Part shown: positions 57,708 to 64,000 of the stretch, piece by piece | How positions within the stretch are numbered: the stretch's first letter is position 1 | Layout: the number at the start of each line of letters is the position of its first letter | Source: Chrysomallon squamiferum | Taxonomy: Eukaryota > Animalia > Mollusca | Assembly: GCA_012295275.1 (NCBI GenBank) | Contig: CM022667.1 | Location: forward strand, 16,740,001-16,804,000 | Reading direction: 5' to 3' | DNA: 64,000 bases | The notes under the pieces: generated by a model | What the model was told of the DNA's origin: nothing | The model's input: only the letters and a program-made list of their open reading frames with translations | The model's database searches: none | Made by a program: the position numbers and the translations under genes

Positions 57708-58888
57708 AACAAAAGAAAGCTCCAAATTTTAAAATTAATTGTACTGCATGAAATACTTTTCATTTCAACATATCGCAAGTGATTCATTGTCAGGCATAAT
57801 GCAAATGCATTTAATTTTTATTTATCCTGCTTGTATTCAAGTACTATGAATCGCTGTTTCTATGACCGTAAATGCTACGATAAAATATAACAGCAGTTAA
57901 GTTTAAAAATGCCGATTAATGTTTGCCATACCAGAAAGGAAATAAATGGTAAGAAAACTGAAACTTTGTTAATAACAGTTTCACTTCTGGTATTTAAGTA
58001 ATGACAGGAATTTAAAGCGAGTTTTAATTTTTCAATCTATTTCTAGTAAATCAGAATATTTTTGCGAGCTTGCAATACCCGACAGCAGCAAATAATTGTT
58101 AGAAAGATAAAATTCATTTATATCAATATTTAATATTTATTACAATTATTAGTTAGTGGTCAGTTTTTTGCATTGCTGTTAAATAATTAAAATTTAGTAT
58201 TTTTACATATATTTTAATCTGTCATCCTTGTTAATTTAAAAAGTAAGTGAGCTATAGTTAATATTCATGTATAAAGTTTTTCTCTACAAATACAGGACAG
58301 AGGACATACGGAAGTACAGTTTAAATATATCAGAAACGATAGGATTAGGAGATTAACTAAATTATTCCTTATAATAATATTTATAACAATGGTCAGATTC
58401 TTACATTGGTTTACACTGGGTCGATTGGGTCGTGGTGTAATGAATGAGCCAGGAAACGAAAACGTGACAAGCCAAAATGTTCAGATCGGGAGACCATTTT
58501 TTAATATTCCAAACACTGGTGATATGCATATAGAGCTGTTTCAGTAACATTGGGTCCTGACGTAATGATACTTCCTACTACAGCTCTCCCAGTTCCAACA
58601 TTGCATAAGTATATGACCAATAGTAAATAAATAATAGTTCTAACTATAACAACAGTATATGAAGAAGATTTACTTTCAGTTTATTCTACTATTGAAATAC
58701 GTGAATAAAAAAGGACGCAAATGAAAACGAAACTTATCTAGAAGTTGTTTACGGGTTGTTAAAGGATTAAGCTATATATATAAAATTATACATTTATAAA
58801 ATTATCCCTGGGAATAATTATACATGGTTTTACAAAGCTGATCAACCGAGAAAAATCCTTGTTTGCTTAAAATTTGTCTGTTCGTTTG

Positions 58889-58936
<48 letters not shown>

Positions 58937-59094
58937 GTTGTTGTTGTTGTTGTTGTAATTATTATTATTATTATTATTATTATTAAAATTACTATTGCTG
59001 TTGTTATTGTTGTTATTGTTTCTGTTCATATTGTAACTGTCTTTATGTTTAAACTGCATTACTACTTAGAAAACAGCAGTAATAATAATAAGAA

Positions 59095-59125
<31 letters not shown>

Positions 59126-59172
59126 AAGAAGAAGAAGAACAGTAATAATAATAATAATAAACTACAAACTAC

Positions 59173-59251
59173 CTTGAGTCGCTGGCATTGAAAATACAGA
59201 CGAAATAATAAAATTCAAACAGAAGACGAAGAAGAGCATGTGAACAGCCAT
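59173..59251 (-). CDS. Module A signal-peptide exon
   Basis: Encodes MAVHMLFFVFCLNFIISSVFSMPATQ plus one G, then GTAGTT. The promoter at 59272 is intact. Confidence 0.82.
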
Positions 59252-59366
59252 GTTGTCGCTTTTCTTGTATATGACGTGAGTCAGTATTGGTAATATTTAA
59301 GTAACAACTGTTACATTTGATGTGTGACGTGTCTGTGCGGTAAACTTTAAATGCTCATAGAAAGGA

Positions 59367-59455
<89 letters not shown>

Positions 59456-59748
59456 TTAATTACTCAGGATCTGTCTATTTAAATACACCTTTTGTTCTTT
59501 TTCACCTCTGTCTTAATGTGGTTAAAGCAGATGCACTACAACGAAAGGTTATATACTGTAAAAACATATGCATTCCACTGTTGTATCATGTCATCTAATG
59601 TATCCATGTGTACAGACAAAATCGATGACTACAGTGTTATTTAATTTATCCAGAGTATAAACTTAACTGAAACCACCTGCATAAGTTATTGATATTTTTA
59701 GATACCCATAACAAAATTTAATACTGAATATGACTAATATGGTTAATA

Positions 59749-59838
<90 letters not shown>

Positions 59839-59968
59839 ATTAATGATACCTTCAAAGACAGAATAATCTTTAATGTTCATTAAGTGAAAAGTCTCGATAA
59901 CGGAAAGCTATTTTTCAAATTTATTTCTCTTCAAATTTTGTAACATTAAAAATAAATATTCATATCGT

Positions 59969-60165
59969 TCAGCCAACAACTGTTTCAACTAATGGCGTTG
60001 TTTCTGGTGGTGCTGGAGTATTTATAGAGCACCGAGCCTTTCCTTGTTCTGGTTGGAAAGGACCGAATGAACCTGGTTTTGGACAAAAACAAATACCACC
60101 GTCTCAGAAAGTCGATCTTTGGTCACCAACTAGAACCTCGCCAAATGGAGTTATACAGGTCCGTT
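59969..60165 (-). CDS. Module D terminal exon (paralogue of C) with a single internal TGA
   Basis: Acceptor TTAAG, then RTCITPFGEVLVGDQRSTF*DGGICFCPKPGSFGPFQPEQGKARCSINTPAPPETTPLVETVVG*. The internal TGA is at 60104-60106. Confidence 0.55.
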
Positions 60166-60381
60166 CTTAAAAAATAAAAAATAAAAAAAAAAAAAAAGTA
60201 TCTATCTTTGTCTCCATATTAGATTGTATATGTATGTGCGTATGTCTGTCTCTGTGTATATATATGTACGTATGTACGTATGTATCTCGGTGTACATATG
60301 CATTTATCAATAACTATTTTTAATATTTGTCAATATTATTATATTATTTTTTTTTACTGTGCCAAATATTTATTGATTTAC

Positions 60382-60573
60382 TTGTAGTGTGCGGCATCGT
60401 AGATGTGATAAATGGTGTTGTTGTCGTTCCTGAACACAAAGCCACGCCATATTCTGGTCGCCATGAACCAATAACTTGTACTTGTGGAGGACATTTACAA
60501 TCACCATCATCACTAAAGAATTTCTGTTCTTCTCCATGTAACACGTGTCCTGATGGCGTTTTACAGTTACGTT
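60382..60573 (-). CDS. Internal module C exon, intact
   Basis: Acceptor GTACAG and donor GTAAAT, 192 nt, phase 1-1, open. Confidence 0.72.
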
Positions 60574-61266
60574 CTGTACTAATAATAATAATAATAATAA
60601 TAACAACAACAACAACAACAACAAATAATAATACTAAATAAAGAATCTTTTTTTATTGTATACTCTAGTATTATAACGAATTCGACTACTACTAATGTAA
60701 TTGCTCGTACTATTTCCACTAATACTACTAATACATTTATTACTACTACTACTATAACAACTAGTACCACTACTACTCCAAATGCCACTAATTATGATAT
60801 CAATAAATTTACTGTTATTAATACAATTAATATTACATTTAGAACATTACTATAAGTACTGATTCTACTACTGCCACATATTTTACAAGACCTCCACAAT
60901 AATAGTTTCTTAGTCTTCTTTACTGGCTGTTGTTATTACTCTTGCCACTATAAAATAAACACCAACAACAACAGCTACTACACGACAACCATTAATACAA
61001 TCATTGCTAGTACAACTTCTGCTACTAATTCTACTAATAATACTTTTTCTACTACTAATAATTATAAGTCTAACATTATTATTACTAATCCTACCTTTAA
61101 TGATAATAGTAAGCCAACCACTACTAATACTAATTGATAGAACTACACTAATAATACTACTGTTAGTATTAATGCTACGATTACTGGTACTAACGAGACT
61201 TCTAATAGTTATACTTTCACTTCGTCTACTGCTGTTGGTATAAGGAGATAGTGAAAAGTTGCCTAC

Positions 61267-61433
61267 CTCGACATGTGTATCTTCCACAGGCATCAGGTCC
61301 TTCAGGATCGAAACACATTGGTGGGAAATAATCAGCGTATATACAACGAATTTCTAATTCTGAAGAAGAACCATAACTTAGACGAAGAATAATTGTCCAG
61401 TCCGTACATTTGTCCATTGACATCGCCGCACTT
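61267..61433 (-). pseudogene. Module B exon with deletions
   Basis: 167 nt. The CxxECRC block is lost and there is an in-frame TAA. A further 5' remnant (ELQPPTP) lies near 61590-61618. Confidence 0.82.
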
Positions 61434-61673
61434 CTGTCTTATGTGCAGAACAATAAGAACTAGAACAACGGCAGCAATAATCTGGAATAACTTGTCCATA
61501 ATAATAATAATAACAACAACAACAATTTGTCCATTTAATAATAATAATAACAATAACAATAATGATGAAAATAATAATAATATCAACAGGAGAGATGATG
61601 GTGTAGGTGGCTGCAGCTCTGTGGTATGTGCAGAACAGTAAACAACAACAACAACAACAACAACAGCAACAGC

Positions 61674-61710
<37 letters not shown>

Positions 61711-62638
61711 GTAATAATAATAATAACAGCAACAACAATAACAACAATAGTAACAATAATAATAATAATAAAAATTTTAATAGTAACAATAATGATGAAA
61801 AAATAATAATAATGATAATAACAACAGCAACAATCACAGTAGCTGTTGTAATAATAATGAAATGAATCTATAGTTTAATTTTAATTCTTTATATTTTTTA
61901 TAACTTTGTCGGTATCCATACAACTACGTGAATATATCAGTATATCTAGAATGTTTATTATCACCAACTTAGCCGAACTTAAGCATAAACTAATCATCCT
62001 TAGGGTTTCAGAGACTCAGAATTTATTTATATATATATCAATATATAAAGAATTCAACATGATGTATAAACTAATTTCCTGTGTTAACATAATCACCGTA
62101 AGACGCTACAAAAATTAATTTCCAGTATTATTTTCAGATTAATAAATATTTTTAAACGTAATATCCTCAATGTCCTAACCGAGCACCTGATTTCTTTTGC
62201 ATGTTGGAGACATTGTACTAATTTCAGTTATTAACTGCCAAATAGGACCTCTATAGATTCCCACAATTTTAGACCTGGATATGATTCCATTCAGCCATGT
62301 TCACGGCAGAGTTTACACTTTTAATATCACATGGTTACTCATTTAAAGAGAAGAAGACAGAGAGAATTCTTAATATTAAGTAAACTATTCACTGCACTCA
62401 GACTCACTAAAAGGTGTATGATCTTTACAAGATAGGTGCAGGACAAGACGTGTACATTTCAGAATTTTTTTCTTCACATTTCAATCTGCGCTGTCTGCTT
62501 AAGTAGAAAATATGAAGAAACGTGACGTTCGAGGTATTGTATTTTTAAAGTGTGAGAAAACCGGAGATAAATGAAAATCAAACTTATCAAGAAGAAGATA
62601 TTTGTGGGTTATCAAATGAAAGAACAGAAAAATATATA

Positions 62639-63440
62639 CCGTATATACTTGTGTACAAGGCGACCTTATGTATAAGTCGATGTGTATTTTAAGACCAAAA
62701 CATTGCGTCATTTTAGGTATTACTTGTGTATAAGTCGACTTTAGATTCCAGGCACCGTCACTATTTTTAGACCAGTGTGACAGTGCCATGAAGGCCTACA
62801 TTGTACGCCTACTGTAACATAACTTGCACGAGCTGTAACTTGCACGAACATACCATAATAACGTAAATGCATGTATTACAAGAGCTATAGCCTAAATGTA
62901 TCATATATATAGTATCTCTTTAATGTAATAGGTCTAACATGGAGACCTAACTTACCGTTATATTTATCCGTTCTATGATTTACAAAATTTGTCGGTAGTG
63001 GATATTAATGACGATTGCAATATTATTTCACCAAATTCTTTACAATTAAACAAATGAGTTTTGTTTATGAAATTAGGACCGATATTTAATGCAATTTGAC
63101 AGAGAAGTCTGCATTCCTAGATCATTGCAAGACGCCGTAAGGCATAACGCCGTACTGACGGTTTTCTCGCTTTAAAATGTATTTTTATGTCATTAAATGG
63201 AAGAATATCATGTTTTACATTCATATTTGGTTTTGTTATTTAATTTTTCAAAATTTTGTATACGATAAAATTATATTTTTGAAAAGCTGAAAGACCGCGA
63301 TTATTTTAGGTGCATCCCGTAGTCAAAATGGCGACTCTTCAGCAACAGCTACAAAAGCATTACCTATGTATAAGTCGACCCCAAAAATATTACCTTAATA
63401 TAGTCTCCCAAAAATTCGACTTATACACAAGTATATACGG
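62639..63440. mobile_element. Tc1/mariner (pogo/Tigger-like) MITE
   Basis: About 25-bp terminal inverted repeats beginning CCGTATATACTTGTGTA, with TA on both sides and subterminal TATAAGTCGA repeats. The paralogous site near 51160 is empty. Confidence 0.92.
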
Positions 63441-63573
63441 TAACATAGCATTGTGACAGCGAAATTTATTGAATAAACCCTGGGAATATCCCATATGATT
63501 TTCCGAAGCTTATCAACGTAAGGAAAAATAAACCCAAGTCTGATTGGTTTGTATTCGTTTCATTGTTCTTGTT

Positions 63574-63607
<34 letters not shown>

Positions 63608-63752
63608 CTTCGCACACTGTTAGTGAGTTCAACACATCCCTTTTAACGTCACAGAAAAGCGACTGTCTCCTCTCAGCTTTACATCGCACAAATCCAGAGT
63701 CGCCAGTTTAGAAAATGAAAATTCCAAAATGTATCACATTCAATAAATACAC

Positions 63753-63830
<78 letters not shown>

Positions 63831-64000
63831 CGTTGTTGTTCTTGTTGTTTCAGAACCTACTATCTGGTTTGTATTCATCAAATAAAAGTGCGTATGCATG
63901 ACATGAATGGATGTAGTAGATATGTGTACAACGAGCAACCTAGCATATTCTCTACCGGATAAATTGTTCATTATACACTGAGAATGGCTTCCTTCCACAG

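Overview
This is AT-rich, microsatellite-dense eukaryotic DNA with GT-AG introns. It is probably molluscan, possibly cephalopod; that is inferred from composition and a mollusc-type transmembrane tail, not established. Most of the window is a tandem, partly inverted array of one family of small secreted cysteine-rich proteins built from interchangeable phase-1 exons. Module A is a promoter plus signal-peptide exon (9 copies). Module B is an 8-Cys VWC-like exon (6 copies). Modules C and D are 4-Cys half-VWC exons (about 15 copies or fragments). Module F is a 6-Cys exon (2 copies), and there is also a Pro/Glu-rich spacer exon (2 copies). One fully intact three-exon gene can be assembled (25146->23098, minus strand, 170 aa); most other copies are broken or orphaned. 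The window also holds the 3' exons of a plus-strand mucin-like transmembrane gene, a duplicated pseudogene fragment, a hAT element nested in a KRBA2/Ginger-like fragment, a Tc1/mariner-type MITE and two minisatellites. Nearly all long ORFs in the supplied track are microsatellite artefacts. Exon boundaries were read by hand and duplication boundaries are approximate.
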